DNA of 32,000 nucleotides from Fastidiosibacter lacustris (lineage in GTDB: Bacteria > Pseudomonadota > Gammaproteobacteria > Francisellales > Francisellaceae). Where the stretch lies: NCBI RefSeq assembly GCF_003428155.1, contig NZ_QLIR01000002.1, positions 60,001 to 92,000 on the forward strand, written 5' to 3'. The position numbers were made by a program, and so were the translations under genes. The notes beneath the pieces were generated by a model. That model ran no database searches and had not been told where the DNA came from. It saw only the letters and a program-made list of their open reading frames with translations. Below, piece after piece: positions 1 to 10,545 of this stretch; the first letter of the stretch is position 1, and the number at the start of each line of letters is the position of its first letter.

Positions 1-260
1 ACTATAGCTATACCTGCTTTTAGTCAAGTACATAAAAGTTAACAACGCCTTAAATAGTATATATTTTTTCATTGATGATTCACCGAAAGTAATTTATGTG
101 CCTTATCTTTTCTCATCAACCGATATTATAGAGCTTTCAGAGAGTCTTAAACAAAACTTATATCCTGTTAAAATAGCATATAAGTGAGGAGAACGCTCTT
201 TATTGTTATTTGAGTACGTTATATACTCAAACCAGTCAAGGATAATAAAGTGAGGATGCT

Positions 261-1073
261 ATGGTCAAAGCAGCAGTAATTCAAATGAGCTCTTGTCTGG
301 CAGTGGGTATTAATTTATTGACGTTGAAGCGCATGGTTGAGCGTGCAGCAAGTGCAGGTGCTAAGCTTATTATTTTTCCTGATAGATGTACTCTTTTTTC
401 TGTTAACGCAACTGATTATGACATCAATAAGGAGGTTTTAGGTGAAGGAAGAATACAGGATTATATTCAAAAATTAAGTCGCGAGAATGACGTTTGGATT
501 ATTGCCAGTGGGATTCCCATCGTATCTGAATATAGTAAGTTAAAATATTATTTGGCTACGGTCGTTTACAATGACTTGGGAAATTTAATAGAAGTATATT
601 ACCAATTACCACCTACGTTACCTGCTGTGTTTCAATGGACGCATATGTTGTTGCAAAACCAAGAGTATGGAGAGTTTGTCAAAATTGTTCAAACACCGTT
701 TGCGAACATTGGACTTAGCACAACGTATGACATATTTTGTCCAGAAATTTTTCGTTACCTCAAGAGGCAAGGCGCTGATGTATTTGTATTAAGTGCGGCG
801 ATGGGTAGTGATTTGGGTGTACACGCTTGGACTATGTTATTGAAAACCCGTGCATTGGAAAACAGTACGATGATTTTAGCAGCTAATCAAAGTGGTTTTC
901 ATGAAGATGCAAATATGCTTTCGCATGGTAATTCTGCGATTATAGATGATAGAGGTCAAGTTGTTGACAGTGTCGAAATTGGTGAAAAAGTACTTGTTGT
1001 TGAGCTGAATTGTAATTCTTTTAAAAATATTTGTTTTGATCAAAATCCATTCCAGTTACAATATCGCAGATAG
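261..1073 (+). CDS. Carbon-nitrogen hydrolase (nitrilase superfamily) homologue with degenerate catalytic residues
   Basis: 270-aa ORF with nitrilase-fold landmarks (KLIIFPD, TPFANIGLSTTYDIFCPEIFR, RALENSTMILAANQSG, HGNSAIIDDRGQVV). Catalytic Glu, Lys and Cys positions look substituted. Confidence 0.8.
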   Translation: MVKAAVIQMSSCLAVGINLLTLKRMVERAASAGAKLIIFPDRCTLFSVNATDYDINKEVLGEGRIQDYIQKLSRENDVWIIASGIPIVSEYSKLKYYLATVVYNDLGNLIEVYYQLPPTLPAVFQWTHMLLQNQEYGEFVKIVQTPFANIGLSTTYDIFCPEIFRYLKRQGADVFVLSAAMGSDLGVHAWTMLLKTRALENSTMILAANQSGFHEDANMLSHGNSAIIDDRGQVVDSVEIGEKVLVVELNCNSFKNICFDQNPFQLQYRR

Positions 1074-1082
1074 TTCTTAAAC

Positions 1083-1115
1083 GAGGTGTCATTTATTTGT
1101 ACGCCTCATTTTTTT
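1083..1115 (+). terminator. Rho-independent terminator between the nitrilase homologue and rimO
   Basis: Stem gaggtgt (1083-1089) / acgcctc (1101-1107) with one G-U pair, followed by attttttt. Confidence 0.6.
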
Positions 1116-1129
1116 AAAGAAGGTTAAAT

Positions 1130-2461
1130 ATGCAATTACATATGCCAAAAGTAGGTTTTTTGAGCTTAGGCTGCCCTAAAAATTTAGTTGATTCTGAACG
1201 TATTATTACCAAGCTTAAAACAGATGGTTATGAAATCGCAGCTGACTATGCCAACGCAGACTTAGTTGTTGTCAATACATGTGGCTTTTTGAACTCAGCA
1301 ATTGAGGAATCACTTGATGCAATTAAAGAGGCTTTGGATGAAAATGGCAAAGTGCTGGTTACAGGGTGTCCTGGCAAAAAGTCCGAGATGATTTTAGAAA
1401 GATATCCTGATGTATTGGGTGTTTCAGGTCCACAAGATTATGAAAACTTGATAAAAGCAGTGCATAAGCATTTGCCAATTGAACATCATGCCTTTACCTC
1501 TCTTGTGCCAGCACAGGGGATTAAGCTTACACCACGTCATTATGCATATTTAAAGATATCAGAGGGTTGTAACAATAGTTGTACTTTCTGCATTATTCCA
1601 GATATTCGTGGTAAGCTAAAGTCACGTAGGATTGATGATGTGATGATGGAAGCAAAACGCCTAGTCAATGCAGGTGTTAAGGAATTGTTAATTATCTCTC
1701 AAGATACCAGTGCTTATGGGGTGGATATTAAATATGAACAAGCAAAGTGGAACGATGAAGTGTATCAAAGTCGTTTTGTTGATTTAGCGCAAGCACTATC
1801 AACGCTAGGGGTATGGGTGCGGATGCATTACGTTTACCCTTATCCTCATGTCGATAAAGTTATCCCTTTAATGGCAGAAGGTAAGATTGCACCATATTTA
1901 GACATTCCCTTTCAACATGCCTCAGCACGTATTCTAAAGCTTATGAAGCGTCCAGCCAATGCAACCAATACACTTGCTACCATTAAGCGTTGGCGTGAAA
2001 TGTGTCCTGATCTTACAATTCGTAGTACTTTTATTGTTGGTTTTCCTGGAGAAACTGAGCAAGAATTTGAAGAACTTTTAGCTTTCCTGGAAGAAGCAGA
2101 GCTTGATCGCGTAGGTTGCTTTAGCTATTCGGAGGTTGAAGGTGCTCAAGCAAACGATTTACCAGGTCTAGTTGCAGAAGAAATAAAGCAAACGCGTTTA
2201 GAGCGTTTTATGTTGGTGCAATCTAAAATAAGTGCCAAACGTCTTAAACGTCATATTGGTAGTGTACAAAAAGTTATTATTGATGAAATCCGTCATGATG
2301 AAGGTATTGCACTTGCACGCACGCAATATGATGCACCAGAGGTCGATGGCGTTGTGATTATTGACAATATCAGTAACAAACAGCTTTCTAAGGGTTTGTT
2401 TGTGAATGTTGAGATTATACAAGCCAATCAACATGATTTGTTTGCACGACTTACTAAGTAA
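1130..2461 (+). CDS. rimO: Ribosomal protein uS12 methylthiotransferase RimO
   Basis: [29 protein letters not shown] and radical-SAM [21 protein letters not shown] downstream ATG (MPKVGF, 1142) is an alternative start. Confidence 0.95.
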   Translation: MQLHMPKVGFLSLGCPKNLVDSERIITKLKTDGYEIAADYANADLVVVNTCGFLNSAIEESLDAIKEALDENGKVLVTGCPGKKSEMILERYPDVLGVSGPQDYENLIKAVHKHLPIEHHAFTSLVPAQGIKLTPRHYAYLKISEGCNNSCTFCIIPDIRGKLKSRRIDDVMMEAKRLVNAGVKELLIISQDTSAYGVDIKYEQAKWNDEVYQSRFVDLAQALSTLGVWVRMHYVYPYPHVDKVIPLMAEGKIAPYLDIPFQHASARILKLMKRPANATNTLATIKRWREMCPDLTIRSTFIVGFPGETEQEFEELLAFLEEAELDRVGCFSYSEVEGAQANDLPGLVAEEIKQTRLERFMLVQSKISAKRLKRHIGSVQKVIIDEIRHDEGIALARTQYDAPEVDGVVIIDNISNKQLSKGLFVNVEIIQANQHDLFARLTK

Positions 2462-2672
2462 ATCATTAGTTATATGCGTTGCATAATGCACAAAAGCCTT
2501 GAAATGTTTTAGATATAGTTGATTTGAGTATTAGATTCAATGCATCTTACGGGAGCTTATATTATAAAAATATAAAAAATAAATTGAATTTATGAGTAGA
2601 GGTACTTTAGAATTTTGAACCAAAGTGGTTTTGGATTTAGCTTTTGTAAACAGAAGTACTCAAGGAGAAAGT

Positions 2673-2873
2673 ATGCGTTTTATAAATACAGTTTTGATGT
2701 TACTTACGATTATTGGTGGCTTTAATTGGTTCACTTTTGCGGTATTTAACTTTAATATTATTGCAACTATTTTTAGTAATTCAGCAGTAGGGCAAAAAAT
2801 AGTTTATGTCATTGTTGGTTTGTCAGCTTTGTACTGTTTAAGCTTGATTAAGGTAGTTTATAAGAGTAAATAA
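2673..2873 (+). CDS. DUF378-like small membrane protein (ORF track start 2625; likely real start 2673)
   Basis: MRFINTVLMLLTIIGGFNWFTFAVFNFNIIATIF...VYVIVGLSALYCL. A strong RBS (aaggagaaagt) precedes the ATG at 2673. Confidence 0.7.
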   Translation: MRFINTVLMLLTIIGGFNWFTFAVFNFNIIATIFSNSAVGQKIVYVIVGLSALYCLSLIKVVYKSK

Positions 2874-3058
2874 GTTTTCAGTATGAAAGCCTGTTGTAAA
2901 ATTAGTTATTTTGATTAGAGAAGGATAACGTTACCTTCACCCATGTAATGATGAGTTAGCTGATTTCTTAGTGATGATTGAGGCAATTACTCCAAGTATA
3001 TCCCAGGGATGTATCACAACATAAGTAGGGGTAGTACGCAAAAGGTTGGGCATACTTT

Positions 3059-3619
3059 CTAGCATGTAGAATTTTCATTAAAAGGATTAGAAATAGTCCT
3101 ATGAGACTTTCCCAGTACATTATCCTTATTACTGTCACTATTGCTTGGAAGATTTAAAATATAATCTGCTATTTCGGCTTTTTTAAGAAACTCCTCCTGT
3201 GACATTGCCATTAAGCGAGAAAAACCTGGATGATCTGTAGAAATTTGTTCTTTCACCAATTCCTTAAATTCATCCAAGCTCATTAGAGAATTATTCCCTT
3301 TCACCGAACCAAAATCAAAATCATATTGACCTGCTTCTTTAGCCTGCTCTGAAGTTACACCGTGAAAGACCGCAAAAGGCTCAAGAGCATCTGGATATAA
3401 TTTGATGTAGTACTCCATAAAATTGATATTTCTGAAATCGTTGATGTAACCAGTTACTGTTTGATTTTGATGAAGACGGTATGCATTTTGATTTCGAAGA
3501 TATGAGGCAGGATAATCGCTATTATCGTTAACCATTCCTGTGTGGTCTATCCCCGCATAGGCATAATGAATAGTGCTAAATGTGATTAATGCTGCGACGC
3601 TGTATATTGTCCTTTTCAT
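3059..3619 (-). CDS. Hypothetical exported protein
   Basis: 186-aa ORF with N-terminal signal peptide MKRTIYSVAALITFSTIHYAYA. No family recognised. Confidence 0.6.
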   Translation of the reverse strand: MKRTIYSVAALITFSTIHYAYAGIDHTGMVNDNSDYPASYLRNQNAYRLHQNQTVTGYINDFRNINFMEYYIKLYPDALEPFAVFHGVTSEQAKEAGQYDFDFGSVKGNNSLMSLDEFKELVKEQISTDHPGFSRLMAMSQEEFLKKAEIADYILNLPSNSDSNKDNVLGKSHRTISNPFNENSTC

Positions 3620-3791
3620 GTTGCTTTTCCTTTCTGAACTAAATTAAACCAATGAAGAAAGGTCATCTCCCTTTCTCACTATCGAATGGTAATAAAAAAA
3701 AGCATGAGGTCAATAGGTTGCAAACCATAAAAAATAATTATCCATAATCATTGTAAAATCTGGTAGAGTTTTATTTTAACTTGAAAGCATT

Positions 3792-4706
3792 ATGTCTATA
3801 CTTGCGAGACTGCTTGGTATTATACGTTTAAGATTTATGTGGAAAAAAACCGTTATTTTATCGACGTTTGTTGTTATGAGTGCAGCTGTTGTATTTGCAG
3901 GTGAAGTATCACTGCCCTCAGCTAAGTTTAACTTTCAAGTAAACACGATTTCATCGGATTCAACCTATAAGCCTTTCCTTGCTTTTGTTGATAATGAGAA
4001 GACATATATTCGTTTTCCTCCAACCGTAACAAATGATAACATGCCAATTATTTTAGTAGATCAACTAGGTGATGCTAATACACCGATCATTTTGTGGCAA
4101 CAAGGATACGTTGTAATCAATCAGCCTTCTAGTCATATTAAAATTTATAATCCTAAAACAAAAAAGCTTATTTATGATTTGACTTTCCCCGAGCAGTTTA
4201 ATTATGCGGTTGTGCCACCTTCACCTAGAATTTTGCCTTATGAGTATGCTGGTTTCTTCGTTGGAGCAACTGTTGGAGCATCAAATATAGATGGTAAAGG
4301 CATATCAGCTGCCGGTGGTATGAAGGCAGGTTATGATTGGCATTTCTTGAAAGGATTTTTGGCTGGATTTGAATTTGGCTTTAACTATGATGGTAAAGTG
4401 TCAAAAGATTCTGTTAACTATAAGAGCTGGAATATAAATACAATGCTAAGAGCAAAATATTTGTTCCAATCTGGGTTTAGCGTTACAGGTAAAGCAGGTA
4501 TAGCATACGTCAAAAATAGTCAATCTACCCCAGCTGGAGCAGCAAGTAATAGCATACGGAATACAGTTGCCCCTCGATTTGGTGCGGAAGTGGGTTATTT
4601 GTTTACCAATGGAATTGGTTTAAATTTAGAATACGATCATTTATTCTCAAGTTCGAAAGTACTCTCATTAAATAGTTTTCGGTTTGGGGTTTCGTATATT
4701 TTTTAA
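3792..4706 (+). CDS. Outer-membrane beta-barrel protein with an N-terminal VirB9/TrbG-like segment
   Basis: Signal peptide (MWKKTVILSTFVVMSAAVVFA; possible start at 3837), segment FLAFVDNEKTYIRFPPTVTNDNMPIILVDQLGD..., then an OmpA/Omp25-like barrel ending FGAEVGYLFTNGIGLNLEYDHLFS...FRFGVSYIF. Confidence 0.65.
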   Translation: MSILARLLGIIRLRFMWKKTVILSTFVVMSAAVVFAGEVSLPSAKFNFQVNTISSDSTYKPFLAFVDNEKTYIRFPPTVTNDNMPIILVDQLGDANTPIILWQQGYVVINQPSSHIKIYNPKTKKLIYDLTFPEQFNYAVVPPSPRILPYEYAGFFVGATVGASNIDGKGISAAGGMKAGYDWHFLKGFLAGFEFGFNYDGKVSKDSVNYKSWNINTMLRAKYLFQSGFSVTGKAGIAYVKNSQSTPAGAASNSIRNTVAPRFGAEVGYLFTNGIGLNLEYDHLFSSSKVLSLNSFRFGVSYIF

Positions 4707-4741
4707 GAGCTTTGTAAAAAATGCAAATATGGAGTTTGTTT

Positions 4742-5482
4742 ATGAAAATTGCTACAACCCTTGTTTTATTGACACTAACGAGCACACTTCTATATGCAAA
4801 AGAAAATAATAAAATCAGTGTGGATTATGCTTTGGGTGATTATTACTACCCCTACATTGATAAGGGGCAAACAGATAATGGTTGCTTGACACGTTTTGTG
4901 ACAAAAGTATTTAAGAGTCAAGGTATTGAGCTTGGAGAGATACGCTGGTTACCATGGAGCGTGGCATTAAAAAGTTTAAATTATACAAAATCTGCTGTTG
5001 TTTCGTTTCCATGGAGTTACACAAAAGAGCGTGCCAAGGATTATTTGTACAGTGATATTTTATATACTAAGCAAGCCTATATTTGGGCGTTAACTGAACA
5101 AAAAGATAAGTTAATTGACTTTACCAAGCTTAATGGTCAAAAGGTTTGTATTCCACAAGGTTATGGTGCCTATGGTCAGATGAAAAGCATGTTTGAAGCA
5201 AACAAAGCTATGCGTATTACGACACCAACGATGCAAGATTGTTTTAATCAATTAAAAAACAAGCAAGTCATAGCGGTTTATGCAGGTGATGATGCTATGA
5301 AGAACATGAAAAACGTTGATAAATCTGCAAATATGCTTTTTGCAAAAGCATTTGCTGCTGATATGCAAACGCATTATTTGATCGCAGGAAAAAGTAATTT
5401 TTTATCGGTTAAGCTAATTTCGGCTTTTAACAAAGGCTTGGAAGTGAATAAATTTGACTTTGATAAATATTGTAAGCAATAG
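4742..5482 (+). CDS. Periplasmic solute-binding protein (SBP_bac_3-like), orphan (ORF track start 4721)
   Basis: Signal peptide MKIATTLVLLTLTSTLLYA, then YYYPYIDKGQTDNGCLTRFVTKVFKSQGIELGEIRWLPW and SFPWSYTKERAKDYLYSDILY. ggag RBS precedes the ATG at 4742. No adjacent permease or ATPase gene. Confidence 0.65.
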   Translation: MKIATTLVLLTLTSTLLYAKENNKISVDYALGDYYYPYIDKGQTDNGCLTRFVTKVFKSQGIELGEIRWLPWSVALKSLNYTKSAVVSFPWSYTKERAKDYLYSDILYTKQAYIWALTEQKDKLIDFTKLNGQKVCIPQGYGAYGQMKSMFEANKAMRITTPTMQDCFNQLKNKQVIAVYAGDDAMKNMKNVDKSANMLFAKAFAADMQTHYLIAGKSNFLSVKLISAFNKGLEVNKFDFDKYCKQ

Positions 5483-5656
5483 CGTTAGCATGCATTGATC
5501 AATCTTGAGAATCACAAGATATATCAGTTCTCTAAAATTAAGAAGTTGTTAATAAGCATTTTATATTAATTATTAAATAATAATATATTTTAATTTGTTC
5601 TATGGGTTTGATACTATCAGTGACAAATTAAGAACTGTTTATTAAAGGTTAAGATC

Positions 5657-7078
5657 ATGAAAAATGTAAAAGTGGCAATAGTTGGTGCAGGGACTGCAGG
5701 ACTTTCAGCCAGAGCTCAAGTTGCACAAGTAACGGATGATTATGTTGTAATTGATGGGGGTTATATGGGTACTACTTGCGCACGTGTTGGCTGTATGCCA
5801 TCGAAAGTACTGATTCAAGCGGCAAATGACTTTGATCGTCGGAAAGTGTTTACCAGTGAGGGAATCTACGGGGCAGAGTATTTACAAGTAGATCATCATC
5901 AGGTAATGCAATTTGTACGTAAATTAAGAGATAGGTTTGTTCGAGGTGTTATAACTGATATGCAAGGATGGCAACAAGAGAAACTCATCAATGAATATGT
6001 ACATTTTGTTGATTCCCATACTTTGCAAACAGAAAGCGGTCTGAAAATAAGAGCAGAAAAAATTATTGTAGCAACGGGATCAAAGCCAATTATACCAAAA
6101 TCATGGCAAGTTTTTAACCGTCATATTATTGATACTAACCAGTTTTTCGAACTTGAAGATTTACCCGAAAGGATGGTGGTTATTGGACTAGGGATTATTG
6201 GTATTGAATTAGGACAGGCTTTAGCTAAGTTAGGTATTGATGTGACGTTGGTTGGATTAGGTAAAAGTATAGGTGGTTTAAGTGATCCTGTCATTCAGGA
6301 ATATGTGGCATCTAAATATGTAGAACAGCTCAATATTTCTTTTAATGGCGCGAACCTGATTGGGATTGATCACAATGATAAGCTGCAAGTTGAAATAGAA
6401 GGCAAAATTAAATTATTTGATAAGGCATTACTAGCAATGGGACGCACTCCTAACTTAAGCCAGCTTAAGCTTGAGGTATTGGGCTTGTCATTAGATAAAG
6501 GCATTCCACGCTATAGCGAAACAACCTATCAACTACAGCAGCAACCACATATTTATTTAGTTGGTGATGGTAATGCTCAGCGTCCGCTATTACATGAAGC
6601 AGCAGACCAAGGTAGGATCGCAGGCTTTAACGCTGTGCGTGCAGATAGTCAATGTTTTACAAAACGCGTAGCTTTAGCAATTACATTCAGCGATCCTAAT
6701 ATTGCAACAGTCGGCATGCGTTACCAAGAAATCATCAGTAGTGATATAGATTTTGTCATAGGTAAAGTTAGCTTTGAAGGGCAAGGGCGCAGTATCGTTA
6801 AATCAAAAGAACAGGGTCTATTGCATCTTTATGCCAGAAAATCAGATGGTAAGTTGTTAGGTGTAGAACTACAGGCTCCTGAAGGAGAGCATTTGGCACA
6901 TCTGTTGGCATGGGCGATTGCCAATCAGATGACAGTTGATGAAGTTTTGACGATGCCATTTTATCATCCTGTTATTGAAGAAGGTGTGCGCACCGCATTA
7001 AGAGATGCCTCCAAGCAGTTGGCGACTAAGGAGCATGATTTAGAGCTGTTTCGGTGTAGTGATATGCCAATTCGGTAA
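5657..7078 (+). CDS. Dihydrolipoamide dehydrogenase-like pyridine nucleotide-disulfide oxidoreductase
   Basis: GAGTAGLSA FAD motif, redox-active TTCARVGCMPSKVLIQAAN, VIGLGIIGIELGQALAKLG NAD motif, and C-terminal PFYHPVIEEGVRTALRDA. Confidence 0.85.
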   Translation: MKNVKVAIVGAGTAGLSARAQVAQVTDDYVVIDGGYMGTTCARVGCMPSKVLIQAANDFDRRKVFTSEGIYGAEYLQVDHHQVMQFVRKLRDRFVRGVITDMQGWQQEKLINEYVHFVDSHTLQTESGLKIRAEKIIVATGSKPIIPKSWQVFNRHIIDTNQFFELEDLPERMVVIGLGIIGIELGQALAKLGIDVTLVGLGKSIGGLSDPVIQEYVASKYVEQLNISFNGANLIGIDHNDKLQVEIEGKIKLFDKALLAMGRTPNLSQLKLEVLGLSLDKGIPRYSETTYQLQQQPHIYLVGDGNAQRPLLHEAADQGRIAGFNAVRADSQCFTKRVALAITFSDPNIATVGMRYQEIISSDIDFVIGKVSFEGQGRSIVKSKEQGLLHLYARKSDGKLLGVELQAPEGEHLAHLLAWAIANQMTVDEVLTMPFYHPVIEEGVRTALRDASKQLATKEHDLELFRCSDMPIR

Positions 7079-7268
7079 ATCTGCTGAATTATAATTGTAG
7101 AGTTCAGTTTTTATATGCTATGGTTTGAGGCATTAAGAGAGATTGCAAATTTTTGTTGTGAAGTCATCGCGACAAGGTGGGTGATATATTATAATATGCA
7201 GTCAGAACTACCTAAGTGGTCAGATTACAAAGGTTAAAACAGACTAAATCAATAGGGATTACACTTGC

Positions 7269-9194
7269 ATGAAGAAAAATGAATTTTTGCGAAATGCACT
7301 GTTCTGGGGGCTTATTGCCATTGGATTAGTGTTTATTTTTAGCAATATGAGTACTAAGACAGATTCATCAACAGCGATGAAGTACTCAAGCTTTATTCAA
7401 CAACTTAATAGTGGCAGCATTCAATCGGTCATGGTTGATGGACGTACTTTTATCGGTACGACGGATACAGGAGAAAAGTTTACAACTTATGCTCCATTAC
7501 TTGATCAAAGCATTGTTGATCAAATGCTGAGTAAGAATACGGAGGTTTCAGCTAAAGCGCCTGAGAAACCAAGTTTACTATTGGCATTTTTATTTAATTG
7601 GCTACCACTTTTATTGATTGCTGGTTTCTTTATTTTTCTGATGATGCGTGCAGGCGGTGGCAAAAGTGGAGCTTTTTCATTTGGTAAGAGTAAGGCCAAG
7701 CTTTTAGGTGAAGACCAAATTAAGGTTACACTTGCTGATGTCGCTGGTGTCGATGAAGCAAAAGAAGAGGTCAGTGAAATTGTGGATTTCTTAAAAAATC
7801 CGGCTAAATACGAAAAAATTGGCGGTAAAATTCCTAAAGGTGTATTAATGGTGGGACCTCCTGGGACAGGTAAAACGCTATTAGCGCGTGCGATTGCAGG
7901 TGAAGCTAAAGTTCCGTTTTTCTCAATTTCAGGTTCCGATTTCGTTGAAATGTTTGTTGGGGTTGGCGCATCTCGAGTTCGAGACATGTTTGAACAAGCA
8001 AAAAGACGTGCACCTTGTATTATTTTTATTGATGAAATTGATGCTGTTGGACGTCATCGTGGCGCAGGTCTAGGAGGTGGACACGATGAGCGTGAACAAA
8101 CGTTAAACCAAATGCTCGTTGAAATGGATGGTTTTGCCGATAATGAAGGTGTGATTGTCATTGCTGCAACTAACCGTCCTGATGTTTTAGATCCTGCGTT
8201 ATTGCGTCCTGGTCGTTTTGACAGACAAGTAACGGTTGGTTTACCAAGTGTCAAAGGTCGTGAGCAGATTCTTAAAGTACATATGCGTAAAGTAGCAGTT
8301 GGCGAGGAGGTGCGTGTTGATTGGATTGCGCGCGGCACATCTGGTTTCTCAGGGGCTGAGCTTGCTAACTTGGTCAATGAAGCTGCTCTTTTTGCTGCAC
8401 GTTCCAACAAAGAAATTGTTGGAATGGAGGAGTTTGAAAAGGCGAAAGACAAAATCTTAATGGGAGCAGAACGCCGTTCTATGGCAATGAGTGATGAGCA
8501 AAAACGCTTAACTGCGTATCATGAAGCAGGACACGCTATTGTTGGTCGTTTGGTGCCAGATCATGATCCTGTGTATAAAGTGAGCATTATCCCTAGAGGA
8601 CGCGCATTAGGCGTTACAATGTATTTACCAGATGGTGATCAAGTCAGTCAATCGCGTGAACAACTACTTAGTCGATTATCGAGCATCTTTGGTGGGCGGA
8701 TTGCAGAAGAGCTTATTTTTGGCTATGACAAGGTGACAACTGGAGCTTCAAATGATATTCAAGTTGCAACTAATATTGCTAGAAGCATGGTTACAAAATG
8801 GGGGTTATCAAACAAGATGGGACCAATCTTGTTTGACGAGGATGATCAGCAACCATTTTTAGGGCAAAGTATGAGTAAAAGCCCTAAACATTTCTCAGAT
8901 AAAACCGCGTTAGATATTGACGAGGAAGTACGTCGCTTGATTGATGAAAATTATGCAAGGGCAGAAAAAATCCTACGTGAGAACGTTGACATTCTCCATG
9001 CTATGGCAGAGGCGTTGATGAAATATGAAACGATTGATTCAATGCAAGTAGATGACTTAATGGCGCGTCGTGAAGTCAGAGAACCAGGTGACTGGGGAGA
9101 TAGTTATGTTCCTAAAGAGGAAAAGCAAACTATAGCAAATAGACCAAGAAACAATGAATCATCTAATGTGTCAGAAACCACTCTAAAAGAGTAA
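7269..9194 (+). CDS. ftsH: ATP-dependent zinc metalloprotease FtsH
   Basis: GPPGTGKT Walker [11 protein letters not shown] Walker [29 protein letters not shown] zinc site, two N-terminal transmembrane segments. Confidence 0.98.
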   Translation: MKKNEFLRNALFWGLIAIGLVFIFSNMSTKTDSSTAMKYSSFIQQLNSGSIQSVMVDGRTFIGTTDTGEKFTTYAPLLDQSIVDQMLSKNTEVSAKAPEKPSLLLAFLFNWLPLLLIAGFFIFLMMRAGGGKSGAFSFGKSKAKLLGEDQIKVTLADVAGVDEAKEEVSEIVDFLKNPAKYEKIGGKIPKGVLMVGPPGTGKTLLARAIAGEAKVPFFSISGSDFVEMFVGVGASRVRDMFEQAKRRAPCIIFIDEIDAVGRHRGAGLGGGHDEREQTLNQMLVEMDGFADNEGVIVIAATNRPDVLDPALLRPGRFDRQVTVGLPSVKGREQILKVHMRKVAVGEEVRVDWIARGTSGFSGAELANLVNEAALFAARSNKEIVGMEEFEKAKDKILMGAERRSMAMSDEQKRLTAYHEAGHAIVGRLVPDHDPVYKVSIIPRGRALGVTMYLPDGDQVSQSREQLLSRLSSIFGGRIAEELIFGYDKVTTGASNDIQVATNIARSMVTKWGLSNKMGPILFDEDDQQPFLGQSMSKSPKHFSDKTALDIDEEVRRLIDENYARAEKILRENVDILHAMAEALMKYETIDSMQVDDLMARREVREPGDWGDSYVPKEEKQTIANRPRNNESSNVSETTLKE

Positions 9195-9223
9195 ACTACA
9201 CCTTTTTAACTTGTGGGAAAATT

Positions 9224-9249
9224 GGCTATTCGGCTTAAGTAGTTGATTT
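9224..9249 (+). repeat. Left terminal inverted repeat of the RM transposon
   Basis: GGCTATTCGGCTTAAGTAGTTGATTT; matches the reverse complement of 18169-18194 at 24/26. Confidence 0.85.
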
Positions 9250-9268
9250 CATCAAATGATTTTTGTAT

Positions 9269-9286
9269 GCGGCATATAAGGTTGAT
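9269..9286 (+). repeat. Left subterminal motif, possible second transposase-binding site
   Basis: GCGGCATATAAGGTTGAT, compare the outer core TCGGCTTAAGTAGTTGAT at 9230-9247. Confidence 0.45.
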
Positions 9287-9318
9287 ATATCCTGTCCAAA
9301 ATATTGTTGATCATTTTC

Positions 9319-10545
9319 TTAAACATCTTGAGATTTTTGCTCAAACTGAGTGTATCTTTTAAATGTCTTTCGTTCTTTGTATTTCCGTGACTGTAAGCTA
9401 AGTATTGCTTTTGCTCTTAGAACATCAAATGAATATCCACGCCCATTTTTATTGATCAATTTAATCAAACCATTGATCGCCTCAGTACAGGCATTAGTAT
9501 ATTGATAGTAAAAGTAATTAAAGATTTCATCCTTCCAGTTGCTCACGGTTTTTGCCACTAACTCATAAAATACTTTAACGTTATCATCAATAAGAGTGAG
9601 CCAAGTGTCATACGCTGCTAATGCTTTTTTTCTATCTGATAACTCAAAAATACAAAAGAAAGCTTCTTTTAGAACATAAACCTGTTCTAATTGAGGGAAT
9701 TTACCAAACCAGTCATATAATATAATTTTTTCCATCTCAGATAAATCACGTTGGTGCTTCAATAATAAATAACGATCATTCTTTAATTGTTTTCTCTCTT
9801 TGTGTGATAAGGCAGACTCAATTGATTTTCTTGCTTTTTCAAGCGCCTCTTGTGCTAATTTGACGACATGAAATTTATCAATGACAACAACAGCGTGTGG
9901 TAAAAGCGCTTTCACAACACTATGGTAAGGGCGCCACATATCAATTGAGACGACAGAGATTTTATGTCTATCAGGTAAGTTACTAATGTATTTTGACAGT
10001 GTCACTTTATTGCGATCAACAAGCATATCAATAAGGCATTTTTCTTTAACGTTTGTAATCACACATCGAGCTTTTCCAATCAGATGTGCCTCATCAATAC
10101 CAAGTATTGTTGGTGTAATTGGTTTGTAGCTATTTATTTCTGGCGTTAATGATTCTTTAAATATTCTTCTTACCGTTTTCTCATCTAGACCAATTTCATC
10201 CGCAACAGATTGGAAAGTCTTATTGAACGCATTTTTATAAATATACTCGTGCAATCGATTTGTCATCAATGCTTTTTCGTGCATCTCACACGAGTGCTGA
10301 TATAAGGTAGCACCACAGTCTTTGCATTTATAGCGTCTACGCTTAAGATAAATACCAACAAACAACCCATGTAATGGAATGTCACGATAAAGTGTTGTTT
10401 TGCTGCCATTTTTAATCAGCTTACCAGTATTACAGGATTTACAGGTGGTCGGATCAATGACTATTTCAGCATTGATATGGCATGTATGATCAGCATCCTT
10501 TTTAATATTAATGACACGAATATCACTTAGTTGTAAGTTGCCCAC
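9319..10545 (-). CDS. ISL3-family-like transposase
   Basis: N-terminal zinc-finger pattern CKSCNTG...RRRYKCKDCGATLYQH. DDE context GIDEAHLIGK, AVVVIDKFHVVKLA, TNACTEAINGLIKLINKNGRGYSF. Start is GTG preceded by gaaaagg; stop is 70 bp from the left inverted repeat. Confidence 0.9.
   Translation of the reverse strand: MGNLQLSDIRVINIKKDADHTCHINAEIVIDPTTCKSCNTGKLIKNGSKTTLYRDIPLHGLFVGIYLKRRRYKCKDCGATLYQHSCEMHEKALMTNRLHEYIYKNAFNKTFQSVADEIGLDEKTVRRIFKESLTPEINSYKPITPTILGIDEAHLIGKARCVITNVKEKCLIDMLVDRNKVTLSKYISNLPDRHKISVVSIDMWRPYHSVVKALLPHAVVVIDKFHVVKLAQEALEKARKSIESALSHKERKQLKNDRYLLLKHQRDLSEMEKIILYDWFGKFPQLEQVYVLKEAFFCIFELSDRKKALAAYDTWLTLIDDNVKVFYELVAKTVSNWKDEIFNYFYYQYTNACTEAINGLIKLINKNGRGYSFDVLRAKAILSLQSRKYKERKTFKRYTQFEQKSQDV

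Noticed and set aside
2198-2491. Minus-strand ORF inside rimO
   Set aside because: Antisense shadow of a well-supported gene, with no recognisable domain or RBS.
7520-8452. Antisense and alternative-frame ORFs within ftsH (7520-7987, 7888-8073, 8054-8452)
   Set aside because: Low-complexity shadow frames of the conserved ftsH coding sequence.
9319-10545. Simple standalone IS inserted at the end of hsdR
   Set aside because: No partner of the left inverted repeat appears just upstream of the transposase. The matching repeat is at 18169-18194, and the hsdR/transposase overlap shows no junction or duplication.
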